A DNA stretch of 64,000 bases from a virus, in IMG/VR virus record IMGVR_UViG_3300037296_000046, positions 1 to 64,000 of that record; one strand, written 5' to 3'. The notes under the pieces were generated by a model, which ran no database searches, had not been told where the DNA came from, and saw only the letters and a program-made list of their open reading frames with translations. Shown piece by piece: positions 18,715 through 28,822 of this stretch (position 1 is the stretch's first letter; every line of letters starts with the position of its first letter). The position numbers and the translations under genes are program-made.

Positions 18715-18860
18715 GACCTGCTCTTTAGGACACAATCCGCCTGCTCTGGTTTGACTTTTTGTGGGTTCGATGAAACCATATTGCTAACTTCAGGCGTTAG
18801 TATAACAAGGACGGCAAGTTTGTTGCCGTCCTCAATGCAACATTTAGGGAGACAGCAACC

Positions 18861-19055
18861 ATGGCAAACTCAGAGACATCCATCATGTATCACGCAAAAC
18901 AAGCTCATGTAGTCTATCCTATGCCGAATCTACATGTGCTTCGTGCTGAACCAATGAACGGACCTGAGCGTGACGATGATTGCGTTCCTAGTTTCCAGTC
19001 TATTTGCGCAACAACCCTTGGTATGATTGTCCTCTTAGCACTGATGTCTTTCTAA
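18861..19055 (+). CDS. Small protein with C-terminal TM anchor
   Basis: AGGGAG RBS; flanked by an upstream hairpin and a downstream terminator. Confidence 0.6.
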   Translation: MANSETSIMYHAKQAHVVYPMPNLHVLRAEPMNGPERDDDCVPSFQSICATTLGMIVLLALMSF

Positions 19056-19077
19056 TTTCATAAACACTTAGTGTTTT

Positions 19078-19114
19078 ATAGGCGGTGACTCTTATAGTCA
19101 TCGCCTATTTTTTT
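19078..19114 (+). terminator. Rho-independent terminator
   Basis: ATAGGCGGTGACT-CTTAT-AGTCATCGCCTAT then T tract. Confidence 0.8.
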
Positions 19115-19128
19115 GTTTGAGGTTCGAT

Positions 19129-19488
19129 ATGTCAAAATATCCTAAAGATATAGAAGTCTGGTATCGTGTAGAGGTACAAGGCTATAACGATCATGAGTTT
19201 GATATTCATTACGTTGAATACCGTGTCATAAACCATACTCCGAAAGGTGTCTGGCTAAAGGCATATGATGGTAAGAGATTTGTAACAGGCAACTGCCGTA
19301 AGCAATTGGCTCTACCAACCAAACAGCTTGCTTTACGAGATTTCATATTCCGTAAGAAAGCACACATCCGTCATTTGGAAATTAAATACCGTATGGCTCA
19401 TAATGCTATGCACTATGCGGAAACTGAATTCCAAACACTTTTTGATCCAGACAGGACATCAAGTCTTGCTGAGATAGACTACCATTAA
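19129..19488 (+). CDS. Hypothetical phage protein (VI..TPKGVW motif)
   Basis: GAGG RBS, ATG 19129. Confidence 0.7.
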   Translation: MSKYPKDIEVWYRVEVQGYNDHEFDIHYVEYRVINHTPKGVWLKAYDGKRFVTGNCRKQLALPTKQLALRDFIFRKKAHIRHLEIKYRMAHNAMHYAETEFQTLFDPDRTSSLAEIDYH

Positions 19489-19507
19489 ACCTTGAAAGGG
19501 TGCCAAC

Positions 19508-21565
19508 ATGTCTAAAGATTTTCCTAAGTTCTCCAAAGCTATCCGTGCCAACTGGGCTGACATCATCAACCATAACGTCAACCTGTTCCGTGTGGATATT
19601 GAGCGTGATCACCTGTGGGATCACTACCTTGCCTCGTTCCCCGAAGGCACTGACCCGATGTACCGTGAGCGCACTGAGCATGACTGCTCCTGCTGCCGCC
19701 AGTTCATCAAGAATGTCGCTGGTGCTGTTGCTATCAACCACACTGGTACTGGTCTGGTCACTGTCTGGTCTAGCATGGATGACATGGTAGAACCATACCG
19801 CACTGTGGCTGCTGCCATGGATCAACTAGTTAAATCTGCAATGATTGCCAACCACTATCGCACTGCCGAAGAACAATTCGGTGTCGATTCCAATTTCGAG
19901 ATGATCGCTGACAAGTCGATCACCTATCACCACTTCTCTGCCAAGATGCCTACCTATGTCCAGATGAGTAGCGATATGATCCCTACCTTCCTTGGTAAAG
20001 CTGCAACATCTATGCAGGTCTTCACTCGTGGTCTGACTGAACTGAAGCCTTCGGTTCTGGCTACAGTCTATGACCTGTGCTCCACCAAGGATGCCCTCTA
20101 TCGTGGTGACACTTACCTTCAATTGGTAAGCTCTTTCATCGAAGCACAGACAGGCTACCTGCTGCTGAACAGCGATCAGGCCCGTAACATCTACCTGTGG
20201 CAACGGTCTGCCTCTCCTGCCCTCATGCACTTCCGTAACAGTGCCATTGGCAACCTGTGCGTGAACCTGACTGAAGGCATGGACCTTGAAGAAGCTGTAC
20301 GCATGTTTGAGGCGTCTGTGGCACCTGAGAACTACAAGCGTACTACCAAGGTCGTGACCCAAGGGATGATCGACAAGGCTCTTGCTGACATTGATCTGCT
20401 GGGTCTACGCCCTGCTCTGGATCGTCGTCATGCAAAGCTGGATGACATCAGCATCAATAACGTGCTGTGGGCCTCTAACGAAGCTCAGACAACGATGAAG
20501 GATGGTCTGCGTGACCTACTGGTTAGCTCTGCTAAACCTGCTGCCACACCGAACTTTGACAATGCAACGGAAATCACCTTTGCAGAGTTTGAGCGTGAGG
20601 TTCTTCCCGGCGTCACATCCATGAAGACATTGATGAAATCTGAGCATCAGAGCCAATTGGTGAACGTGACTGCACCTGTCAACACACCAGAAGAAGGCCA
20701 CTTTGGCTTGTTCCCATGGGACAATGACTTTGCTTGGTCCTACAATGGTAATTTGGCAGATTCGTCCATTGCTACCCGTGTGAAGAAAGCTGGTGGACGT
20801 GTGGATAACGCTCTGATGCGTTTCTCTCTGGCATGGTTCAACACCGATGACCTCGACATCCATGTACGGCTACCTGATCGTACCTCAGTGAGCTTTAACA
20901 ATAAGCGTGGCTTGCTGGATGTGGACATGAACTGCTTCTCTAACCTGAAGCGGGATGCTGTCGAGAACGTCTCTTGGATGGATACACCTCCTGATGGTGT
21001 CTATCAGATCGTCATCAACAACTATCGTCAGCGTGAAACGATTGACGTAGGTTTTGAGGTTGAAGTCGTCTCTGGCGATAAGACCTACATGCTGACCTAT
21101 CCTCGTGCTGTCCGTGGTAACGTACATGTTGCCAATGTACTGGTAAAGAAGGGTCAGATCGAAACTATTGAGACTTTGGATACTGCCATCCGTGTTGATA
21201 GCGATACCAAATCTACCAAGATTTGGAATGTTGACACCAATACGATGGTAGATGTGACAACTGTAATGTACAGCCCTAACTTCTGGGATGGACAAGAAAG
21301 TGGTCTGCGTCACACCATGTTTATGCTGAAGGGTGCCTTTAACCCCGATGCTACTCGTGGCATCTACAATGAGTTCTTGGCACCTAGCCTGAATGAGAAC
21401 CGTCGTGTGTTCGACCTTCTGGGAGCCAAGACCATGATCCCCGCTGAGGAGGGTTTCGTTACCCAACTTGCAGGTCTAGGCTTTACTGCGGGTCGTGACT
21501 CCAAAAAACTGTCGGTAGTCGTGCAGGGTCCATCCCTTAACAAAGCCTATAACATCGTATTCTAA
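19508..21565 (+). CDS. Large conserved phage protein with HDCSCC motif and YfaP/DUF2135-like C-terminal domain
   Basis: 685 aa, strong phage codon usage; EHDCSCCRQFI; W.NTDDLDIHV...LDVDMN...ENVSW...GVYQIVINNY. Confidence 0.7.
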   Translation: MSKDFPKFSKAIRANWADIINHNVNLFRVDIERDHLWDHYLASFPEGTDPMYRERTEHDCSCCRQFIKNVAGAVAINHTGTGLVTVWSSMDDMVEPYRTVAAAMDQLVKSAMIANHYRTAEEQFGVDSNFEMIADKSITYHHFSAKMPTYVQMSSDMIPTFLGKAATSMQVFTRGLTELKPSVLATVYDLCSTKDALYRGDTYLQLVSSFIEAQTGYLLLNSDQARNIYLWQRSASPALMHFRNSAIGNLCVNLTEGMDLEEAVRMFEASVAPENYKRTTKVVTQGMIDKALADIDLLGLRPALDRRHAKLDDISINNVLWASNEAQTTMKDGLRDLLVSSAKPAATPNFDNATEITFAEFEREVLPGVTSMKTLMKSEHQSQLVNVTAPVNTPEEGHFGLFPWDNDFAWSYNGNLADSSIATRVKKAGGRVDNALMRFSLAWFNTDDLDIHVRLPDRTSVSFNNKRGLLDVDMNCFSNLKRDAVENVSWMDTPPDGVYQIVINNYRQRETIDVGFEVEVVSGDKTYMLTYPRAVRGNVHVANVLVKKGQIETIETLDTAIRVDSDTKSTKIWNVDTNTMVDVTTVMYSPNFWDGQESGLRHTMFMLKGAFNPDATRGIYNEFLAPSLNENRRVFDLLGAKTMIPAEEGFVTQLAGLGFTAGRDSKKLSVVVQGPSLNKAYNIVF

Positions 21566-21789
21566 TGGCACTACTATTGCCAAGAGATGTATATCTTGAT
21601 GGCATGTCACCCCAGAAAGCCATTAGGGTACTAACAGATTTGATAAACCGAGTATCTCCTAGCGATAGGAGATACTTGTTTATTGAAGAATACGAAGACA
21701 GTCTTGGCGATCCATTTTGCCAAAACCCAACGAAATGCCTTCGGCTAATACTGAAAAAACCCTCTGTTCATCAAGGAGAAAACCCATGA
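21565..21789 (+). CDS. Hypothetical protein
   Basis: TAATG and ATGA overlaps on both sides; AT-richer than neighbours. Confidence 0.55.
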   Translation: MALLLPRDVYLDGMSPQKAIRVLTDLINRVSPSDRRYLFIEEYEDSLGDPFCQNPTKCLRLILKKPSVHQGENP

Positions 21790-22205
21790 ACATCTTTGAA
21801 CGCGCATCACGCGCTAAACTCCGTCTGCAATCTGTTGCTGGTCCTCTGACCGTGGAACAACTGTGGGATTTACCACTGGTATCTAAGGGTGGCACCACTC
21901 GTGACATCAAGGTCGATCTGGACACTGTTGCACGCTCTGCTTTCAAAGCACTGGAAGAAGTCACAAGCCAGTCTTTTGTGGACACTACACCACACCCCAA
22001 GAAGGCAGAACGTGAGCTTGCTCTTGAAGTTGTGAAGCACATCATTGCTGATAAGCAGACCCGTGCTGCTGCACAGCAAGCTGCTGCTGAGAACAGCCAG
22101 AAGAAGCAGGTCTTGCTCTCTGCACTGGCTGACAAGCAGAACCAAGCGATTGGTGCCATGTCTGAAGAAGAAATTCGCAAACAGATTGCTGCACTGGAAG
22201 GCTAA
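21786..22205 (+). CDS. Conserved phage coiled-coil protein (FERASR.KLR...TVEQLWDLPL family)
   Basis: AAGGAG RBS, ATG 21786, 139 aa. Confidence 0.75.
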   Translation: MNIFERASRAKLRLQSVAGPLTVEQLWDLPLVSKGGTTRDIKVDLDTVARSAFKALEEVTSQSFVDTTPHPKKAERELALEVVKHIIADKQTRAAAQQAAAENSQKKQVLLSALADKQNQAIGAMSEEEIRKQIAALEG

Positions 22206-22293
22206 TTTCTACTAGCCCTACAGATAACATCTGCTAGAACCATGGTTCACACATATGGTTCTAGCAACCTCCAAACCCCCCAAGGATAGTAGT

Positions 22294-24582
22294 ATGTCAC
22301 CATTCACAGCCCCAATTGCTCAGCAAATTTGGGATAAAAAGTACCGTTTCAAACATGCTGATGGTACGCCTATCGACATGACTGTTCAGGATACATGGGG
22401 TCGAATTTCTGAAGCTCTATCTATGTCCGAACCTGAAGGTGAAATTCGTAATCGTCACCAACACGATTTCTACAAGGCTCTCGAAGACTGGAAATACCTG
22501 CCTGCTGGTCGCATCACTGCTGGTGCTGGTACTGAGCGTTCCGTGACCCTATTTAACTGCTTCGTCATGGGTACAATCCCTGACAGTATGCACGGCATCT
22601 TTGACATGCTCAAAGAGGCTGCTCTCACGATGCAACAAGGTGGGGGCATTGGTTATGATTTCAGTACCATTCGCCCTGCTGGTTCTCCTGTTATTGGTGT
22701 GGCTGCTGATGCTAGTGGTCCTCTAACATTCATGGATGTATGGGACGCTATGTGTCGTACAGTTATGAGTGCTGGCTCTCGTCGTGGTGCCATGATGGCT
22801 ACCATGCGTTGTGATCACCCTGATGTTTACGACTTCATTACAGCAAAGCAAGATGCTGCTCGTCTTCGTATGTTCAACATGAGCGTGCTCATCACCGATC
22901 CATTCATGGATGCTGTTAAGGCTGGTGCTGATTGGGATTTGCACTTCACCGATAAGCAAGGTGTCAAGACAGTCTATCGTACAGTTCCAGCCAATGATCT
23001 TTGGGATGCTATCATGGCGTCCACATATGATTACGCTGAGCCGGGTGTTATCTTCATTGATCGTATCAATGACATGAACAATCTGAACTACTGCGAAACC
23101 ATTGCTGCTACCAACCCCTGTGGTGAGCAACCTCTGCCTCCCTATGGTGCCTGTCTCCTTGGCTCCATCAACATGGCCAAGCTGATCGTCTACCCCTTCA
23201 CAGGCGTAGCTGAGATGGACATGGCCTTGTTGGATGATCTGGTACGTACTGCTGTCCGCATGATGGACAACGTGGTGGACGTGTCTAACTTCCCTCTGGA
23301 AGCTCAACGTCAGGAAGCTATCAACAAGCGCCGTATTGGCCTTGGTGTGACCGGTCTGGCTGACGCACTCATCATGATGGGTGAGACATATGGTTCTGAA
23401 GCTGCTGCTGCTCTTACAGATCACTGGATGCACCAGATTGCACGCTCTGCATATCTAGCCTCTGTTGATCTGGCCAAAGAAAAAGGTGCTTTCCCTCTGT
23501 TCGATGTTGATGCTTATCTTGCATCTGGCAACATGGAAAACATGGATGATGATGTCCGTGAAGCAATCCGTGAGCATGGTATTCGTAATGCCCTGCTGAC
23601 ATCTATTGCTCCTACTGGCACCATTTCTATGTATGCTGGCAACGTATCCTCTGGGATCGAACCAGTGTTTGCCTATGAGTATACCCGCAAGATTCTCAAC
23701 AAAGACGGTACACACCGTTATGAGGATGTCACAGATTACGCTCTGGAAGCCTATCGTCAGTTCTGTTCGGACAATGGCATGGATGTGCCTGACGTGAACA
23801 ATCTGCCAGACTACTTTGTGTCTGCTCAGACCCTAGCACCTGAAGCCCATGTGCATATGCAAGCTGCTGCACAGCGTTGGGTGGATAGCTCCATCTCTAA
23901 GACTGTGAACCTACCAGAAGACATCTCCTTTGATGACTTCAAGGCTGTCTATATGATGGCTTGGGACACAGGCTGCAAAGGCTGCACGACCTATCGTCCT
24001 AACGATGTCACAGGTTCGATCCTCTCTGTGAAGACTGAACCAAAGCCTGAGCCTATCAATGTTGGTTCTGCTTTGCCTGAGCCTCGTGGTGATGACCTTG
24101 CTGGTTCCACCTACAAGATCAAACTGGGCGACGATCACGCTACCTATATCACTCTCAACTATACTGAGATTAATGGTGTGAAGAAGCCCTTTGAAATCTT
24201 CATCAACTCCAAGAACGTGGATCATTTCGTATGGACCATGGCTCTGACACGGACAATCTCTGCTGTATTCCGTTCTTCACCTGATTCCACATTCCTTGTG
24301 GATGAGTTGAAGTCTGTATTCGATCCTAAAGGTGGTGGCTGGATGAAAGGGCGTTATGTTCCTTCTATCATTGCTGCGATTGGTATCACTATTGAGAAGT
24401 TTATGAAGGAAATTGGGTACATTCTACCCGATGAAACTTTAGCACTTCCAGAACTCGAAGAAACTACTGAGGTTTCTTTGGTTGGTACACCCCGTACATG
24501 CCAAAAGTGCTTTAGCACTAACCTTAAAATTGAAAGTGGTTGCCCAACCTGCCTTGATTGTGGTCATAGCAAATGCGGCTAA
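22294..24582 (+). CDS. nrdJ: Class II (adenosylcobalamin-dependent) ribonucleotide reductase with C-terminal TSCPD/Zn-ribbon region
   Basis: PAGRI, LFNCFV, GGGIGYDFS, RRGAMM, ATNPCGEQPL, IAPTGTIS, SISKTVN, KGCTTYR, C-terminal CxxC...CxxCxxCG.SKCG. Confidence 0.95.
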   Translation: MSPFTAPIAQQIWDKKYRFKHADGTPIDMTVQDTWGRISEALSMSEPEGEIRNRHQHDFYKALEDWKYLPAGRITAGAGTERSVTLFNCFVMGTIPDSMHGIFDMLKEAALTMQQGGGIGYDFSTIRPAGSPVIGVAADASGPLTFMDVWDAMCRTVMSAGSRRGAMMATMRCDHPDVYDFITAKQDAARLRMFNMSVLITDPFMDAVKAGADWDLHFTDKQGVKTVYRTVPANDLWDAIMASTYDYAEPGVIFIDRINDMNNLNYCETIAATNPCGEQPLPPYGACLLGSINMAKLIVYPFTGVAEMDMALLDDLVRTAVRMMDNVVDVSNFPLEAQRQEAINKRRIGLGVTGLADALIMMGETYGSEAAAALTDHWMHQIARSAYLASVDLAKEKGAFPLFDVDAYLASGNMENMDDDVREAIREHGIRNALLTSIAPTGTISMYAGNVSSGIEPVFAYEYTRKILNKDGTHRYEDVTDYALEAYRQFCSDNGMDVPDVNNLPDYFVSAQTLAPEAHVHMQAAAQRWVDSSISKTVNLPEDISFDDFKAVYMMAWDTGCKGCTTYRPNDVTGSILSVKTEPKPEPINVGSALPEPRGDDLAGSTYKIKLGDDHATYITLNYTEINGVKKPFEIFINSKNVDHFVWTMALTRTISAVFRSSPDSTFLVDELKSVFDPKGGGWMKGRYVPSIIAAIGITIEKFMKEIGYILPDETLALPELEETTEVSLVGTPRTCQKCFSTNLKIESGCPTCLDCGHSKCG

Positions 24583-24633
24583 GCTAACTGGTTACCCCTG
24601 TAATGGGGGGAGCCAAACCTGAAAGACACTGCC

Positions 24634-24813
24634 ATGACTGCTATTAACGATCACGACCGCTTTCTGGTGTATACTAGCAAGGATGTCCTTGTAGAGTCTG
24701 CACCTACCAAGGTAAGAGCCATGAGGGCTGTTGCACATTTAAATGACCAAGCTGAATTGAATGGTCGCCACACTACCTATTATTGGAAGGACAAAAACGA
24801 TGGCCGAAACTAA
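24634..24813 (+). CDS. Hypothetical protein (not in ORF track)
   Basis: 59 aa MTAINDHDRFLVYTSKDV...; fills the gap between nrdJ and the next gene. Confidence 0.5.
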   Translation: MTAINDHDRFLVYTSKDVLVESAPTKVRAMRAVAHLNDQAELNGRHTTYYWKDKNDGRN

Positions 24814-25132
24814 AACTGATAAGTTTGTTCGCCTTGCTGGTCAACGAGTTCCGAGAGCTGCTGATGCTATTCGCCTCATTGGTCAACTTGGTTCAGCAAA
24901 CTATGAAGCTCCTGAAGGTGCAGTTGATGAAATCAACACATATCTTCGTGCTTCTGTAGCTGATGCTATGAAGTCGCTGGGCCTTAAACTCCCTAAGACT
25001 GAAAATGGTGAACCTACACCACCCGATTACGGTGGGCCTGAATGGGCATTGGTTAGCGAAGCAATTGAAATGCTTGGCCTAGGCCATGTAGATATTGCCA
25101 AGCAAAAGCTGAAAGCTGCTATGTCGTTCTAA
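24800..25132 (+). CDS. Hypothetical protein (KF.RLA..RV..A...IRLIG.L motif)
   Basis: AAGGA RBS, ATG 24800, 110 aa. Confidence 0.7.
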   Translation: MAETKTDKFVRLAGQRVPRAADAIRLIGQLGSANYEAPEGAVDEINTYLRASVADAMKSLGLKLPKTENGEPTPPDYGGPEWALVSEAIEMLGLGHVDIAKQKLKAAMSF

Positions 25133-25151
25133 GACGTAGTACATTCTGAAG

Positions 25152-25185
25152 AAAAGAGGTGGGATAGTATCCTGCCTCTTTTTTT
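25152..25185 (+). terminator. Rho-independent terminator
   Basis: AAAAGAGGTGGGA-TAGTA-TCCTGCCTCTTTTTTT. Confidence 0.75.
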
Positions 25186-25206
25186 ATTTGAACTAAGGTA
25201 CACCCA

Positions 25207-26235
25207 ATGAAGTATACGCTTTCACCATCCAAAATCCGAGAAGAAATTCTTGAGATGTTTTCTCTTGGTCTTGTCCCTTATGTCCGATCTTCCCCCGGAC
25301 TAGGTAAGACCTCTATCTACCATCAGATTGCCAAAGACTATAATCTGAAGCTCATTGATCTGTCAGTAGGCACCGCTACACCTGAAGACTTCATGGGCTA
25401 CCCACACAAGGTAGGCAACAAAGCTACGTTCCTACCCTTTGACCATTTCCCCCTAGAAGGTGATGAGATTCCCAAGGGCTACAATGGCTGGCTCCTCTTT
25501 CTGGATGAGTTCTCCTCTGGCTCTAAAGCTGTGCAGGCTGCTGCTTATAAGCTGGTCCTGAGCCGCTTTGCAGGGTCTTACAAGCTGCATGACAACTGCC
25601 TGATTGCATGTGCTGGCAACCGTGAGATTGACAACGCTGTGGTAGTGAAACTGTCCACTGCAATGAAGTCTCGTCTGGTTCACTATGAGATGGTTGGCAA
25701 TGTCCCTGACTTCGTTGAATGGGCTACTGCTGAAGCTCTGGATTTCCGTGTAATCTCATTCGCTGAATTCATGCCAAGTGTCATTGAAAAGTTTGATCCA
25801 AACCATTCTGGTGAGACTTTCCCCTGTCCTCGTACCATTGCGATGCTTGGTAAAGCCATGATTGGTAAGACCATCAATGCTGACCTTGGACCTCGTATTG
25901 CTGGCATGGTTGGTGATGGAACGTGTGTTGAATTCTTAGGCTATGCTCGTGCTTTTGGACGTATCAAATCTTATAATGAGATTGTTAAGAACGCAGATTC
26001 TACTAGCGTTCCTGACGAATTGAGCGTGCGTCATGCTACAATTGCTATGTTAGCAAGCCAAGCTAAGTCCGAGGACTTAGATGCCATCCTTGTTTATGTC
26101 AAGAAATTCTCTTTGGAATTCCAAATTGTCTTCATGCGTAAACTTACAATCACGCAACCTACTTACCGCTATGACCATAAGGGCTTTGGCAAATACCTGA
26201 TGGACATGATGCGTTATCTATCTGGAGAACAGTAA
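25207..26235 (+). CDS. MoxR-like AAA+ ATPase (N4 gp24-like)
   Basis: Walker A SSPGLGKT, Walker B LFLDE, AGNR, SRL.H, PCPRT. Confidence 0.9.
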   Translation: MKYTLSPSKIREEILEMFSLGLVPYVRSSPGLGKTSIYHQIAKDYNLKLIDLSVGTATPEDFMGYPHKVGNKATFLPFDHFPLEGDEIPKGYNGWLLFLDEFSSGSKAVQAAAYKLVLSRFAGSYKLHDNCLIACAGNREIDNAVVVKLSTAMKSRLVHYEMVGNVPDFVEWATAEALDFRVISFAEFMPSVIEKFDPNHSGETFPCPRTIAMLGKAMIGKTINADLGPRIAGMVGDGTCVEFLGYARAFGRIKSYNEIVKNADSTSVPDELSVRHATIAMLASQAKSEDLDAILVYVKKFSLEFQIVFMRKLTITQPTYRYDHKGFGKYLMDMMRYLSGEQ

Positions 26236-27359
26236 TGGAAGATTTTTCTGAACATGAGAAACTGCTAGATCGTGCCAAAGCCAGCCTCTTTGTAGGCCAT
26301 GGCTCAGCGTTTCTAGGATCGCTGATGTGTGATATGGTTTTCAAATGGTCCAGAGAGATTCCTACTGCTGCTGTGGATGGTCTTACTCTATGGTGGAATC
26401 CTGATTTCTTTATGAAATTGCGTCCAACTGACCATACCACTATTCTAGCCCACGAACTCTGGCATGTGGCATTTCTCCATATGCTCCGTGGGCTAGGATT
26501 AGACCCAGACATTCACAATCAAGCTGCTGATCACGTCATCAATCTGATGCTTGAAGAAGCTGGCTACGATATGACTGGGTTCCCCTACCTCAAGGACAAT
26601 ATGTTCAAAGGTTGGTCTACAGATGATGTCTACCAATACCTCATCGACAACCTTCCACCACCACCTCCCATGGGTGGCCTAGGCTCTGACTTGGTTGAAC
26701 CAAAGGATCAAAAGATAGCTGATGCTATAACTGCTGAGATTGTCACTAAGGTTGTAGCTGCGTCTGTGTCTGCACGGATGGCTGATCAAGCTGGGGATAT
26801 TCCCGGTGAAATCTCGTTAGTTATCAATGAGTTTCTTAATCCTAAGCTGCCTTGGTACACGATCCTGTATCGCTTCTTCGAGGCACTGATTGACCAAGAC
26901 TACTCTATGAGCCGTCCCAATCGTCGCTTCGTAGATGAGCTAATGCTACCTAGTCTAGTTGGCACAACAGGTCTTCAGAACCTAGTCTACTTCCTTGACA
27001 TATCTGGCTCTGTGTCAGATGCTCACATCCTCCGGTTCAACTCTGAAGTGGCTTACATCAAGCGTGAGTTTAACCCTGAGCTACTGACACTTGTGACCTT
27101 CGACACTAAGATTCGAGATGTTTACACCTTTGAAAAAGATGATCCATTCGAGAAGATTATTGTCACTGGTCGTGGCGGTACAAACCTTAATCCTGTCATG
27201 GAATATGCTAAGAAGCTCAATCCAGATGCGATGATTATCTTTACAGATATGTACGTCAGTATTCCTCCTGTTGATCCCCAAATTCCCCTTATTTGGATTG
27301 CTCTCAACTCCAAAGTAACAAGCGTACCTTATGGTCAGCTAATTCACCTGAAAGATTGA
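26235..27359 (+). CDS. HExxH metallopeptidase-like + vWA domain protein (N4 gp25-like)
   Basis: HELWH motif, N.AAD..IN, MIDAS DISGS, GRGGT, IFTDM. Confidence 0.9.
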   Translation: MEDFSEHEKLLDRAKASLFVGHGSAFLGSLMCDMVFKWSREIPTAAVDGLTLWWNPDFFMKLRPTDHTTILAHELWHVAFLHMLRGLGLDPDIHNQAADHVINLMLEEAGYDMTGFPYLKDNMFKGWSTDDVYQYLIDNLPPPPPMGGLGSDLVEPKDQKIADAITAEIVTKVVAASVSARMADQAGDIPGEISLVINEFLNPKLPWYTILYRFFEALIDQDYSMSRPNRRFVDELMLPSLVGTTGLQNLVYFLDISGSVSDAHILRFNSEVAYIKREFNPELLTLVTFDTKIRDVYTFEKDDPFEKIIVTGRGGTNLNPVMEYAKKLNPDAMIIFTDMYVSIPPVDPQIPLIWIALNSKVTSVPYGQLIHLKD

Positions 27360-27360
27360 T

Positions 27361-27810
27361 ATGATTTGTAATGGCTCAAAACTGGCAGAGGCAGAACCTC
27401 TATCACCCATGTTCCATGAGAAGACAAAACTGTTTGGTGTTTCCTACGGTATGTCTGAAGCAGGCTATGATATTCGTATCAAACAAGATGTCCTGTTGAT
27501 GCCATTCAAACGCTTCTCTCTGGCAAGCTCCATTGAGAAGTTTCGTATGCCTACAAACCTCGTTGGTATTGTCCATGACAAGTCCACATGGGCGCGTAAG
27601 CGACTGAGTGTCTTCAACACGGTCATTGAGCCGGGATGGACAGGCTTCCTCACTCTTGAGCTAGTCTACCATGGCTATATGCCCCTACTCATCCGTGCTG
27701 GCTCTGGGATTGCCCAAGTCATCTTCCACGAAACCTCAACAAATATGCAGTATTCAGGTAAGTATCAGAACCAAGATGATCGCCCTGTTGCTGGCATTAT
27801 GGAAAGCTAA
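27361..27810 (+). CDS. dcd: dCTP deaminase
   Basis: SYG.SEAGYDIR, HDKSTWAR, NTVIEPGW.G.LTLE, Y.GKYQNQ. Confidence 0.92.
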   Translation: MICNGSKLAEAEPLSPMFHEKTKLFGVSYGMSEAGYDIRIKQDVLLMPFKRFSLASSIEKFRMPTNLVGIVHDKSTWARKRLSVFNTVIEPGWTGFLTLELVYHGYMPLLIRAGSGIAQVIFHETSTNMQYSGKYQNQDDRPVAGIMES

Positions 27811-27814
27811 AACG

Positions 27815-28822
27815 ATGTCAAAGAAACAAATGTTTGCTAGAGTTGTCCTTGGCTCTACAAGTCCAGAAGGTATTACAGCATGGTCGATCCATGCTCGTTA
27901 CCCTCGTCCTATCCATGGCGAAATGATGACGCATAAAGACTTCAGCCGTAACGCTGGTAGCTCTCGTGCAAAGCCTGTCCGATTCCTTTTGGATGAGGTC
28001 CGTAAAACCCCATATGTGCCTTGGCACTGGGGTGCTAATCAAAGCGGTATGCAGGCTGATCTTGAGTGCAATGAGCAGGTTGCTACAGTTACGCCGCTCT
28101 GGAATGAAACTTATGGTGAATATGATTCCATTGAAACCAATTTTGAGTCTCGTGAAACAGCTTGGGTTCAAGCAAGTATAAATGCTTGTAATAGTGCTGA
28201 AGCCTTTATGAACGCAGGCTACCACAAGCAAAACGTGAACCGTCTGCTTGAGCCATTCTCTTGGATCGACGTTCTGATTACATCTACGAACTGGGCCAAC
28301 TTCTTCAACCTGCGTGATCATCCTGATGCTGAGCCTCACATCCGTGATCTAGCCATTATGATCAAGAAAGCTATGGCAGGTTATCTGCCTCAGAAACTTG
28401 GTCGTGGTGAGTGGCACATGCCTTATGTAGGTGAAGCTGATCACTATGCTCTGGATAACGCAGACGATGACACACTGCGGATCATTGATGATCTTGGATG
28501 TGATCATCAGGAGCTTCTGAACATGCTCTCAGCGGCTCGCTGTGCGCGTATCAGCTATAAGCCTCACTCTGGGGAAGCACTCATCAGTCGTGACCTTGCT
28601 CTGTGCCAACAACTGATTGGTAATGGAGCCATCCACGCAAGCCCCTTCGAACATCAGGCTACACCTGACAAGCGTTCCTACACACCCGTCTATAACAAAG
28701 AAGGGCAATGTGGTTTCAAACGCGATTGGGAGAAGCCTGAGCTACACCGTAACCTTACTGGCTGGATTCAGAACCGTGCTCTGCTCCCCGGTGAATATGT
28801 AAAGGATGTCTGGGATGTCTGA
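27815..28822 (+). CDS. thyX: Flavin-dependent thymidylate synthase
   Basis: IHGEMMTHKDFSRNAGSSRA, HKQ.VNRLLEPF, NFF.LR.HPDA.P.I, SAARCARISY, HASPFEHQATP. Confidence 0.9.
   Translation: MSKKQMFARVVLGSTSPEGITAWSIHARYPRPIHGEMMTHKDFSRNAGSSRAKPVRFLLDEVRKTPYVPWHWGANQSGMQADLECNEQVATVTPLWNETYGEYDSIETNFESRETAWVQASINACNSAEAFMNAGYHKQNVNRLLEPFSWIDVLITSTNWANFFNLRDHPDAEPHIRDLAIMIKKAMAGYLPQKLGRGEWHMPYVGEADHYALDNADDDTLRIIDDLGCDHQELLNMLSAARCARISYKPHSGEALISRDLALCQQLIGNGAIHASPFEHQATPDKRSYTPVYNKEGQCGFKRDWEKPELHRNLTGWIQNRALLPGEYVKDVWDV

Noticed and set aside
22240-22262. NrdR box upstream of nrdJ
   Set aside because: ACACATATGG matches the consensus only with several mismatches and no tandem second box
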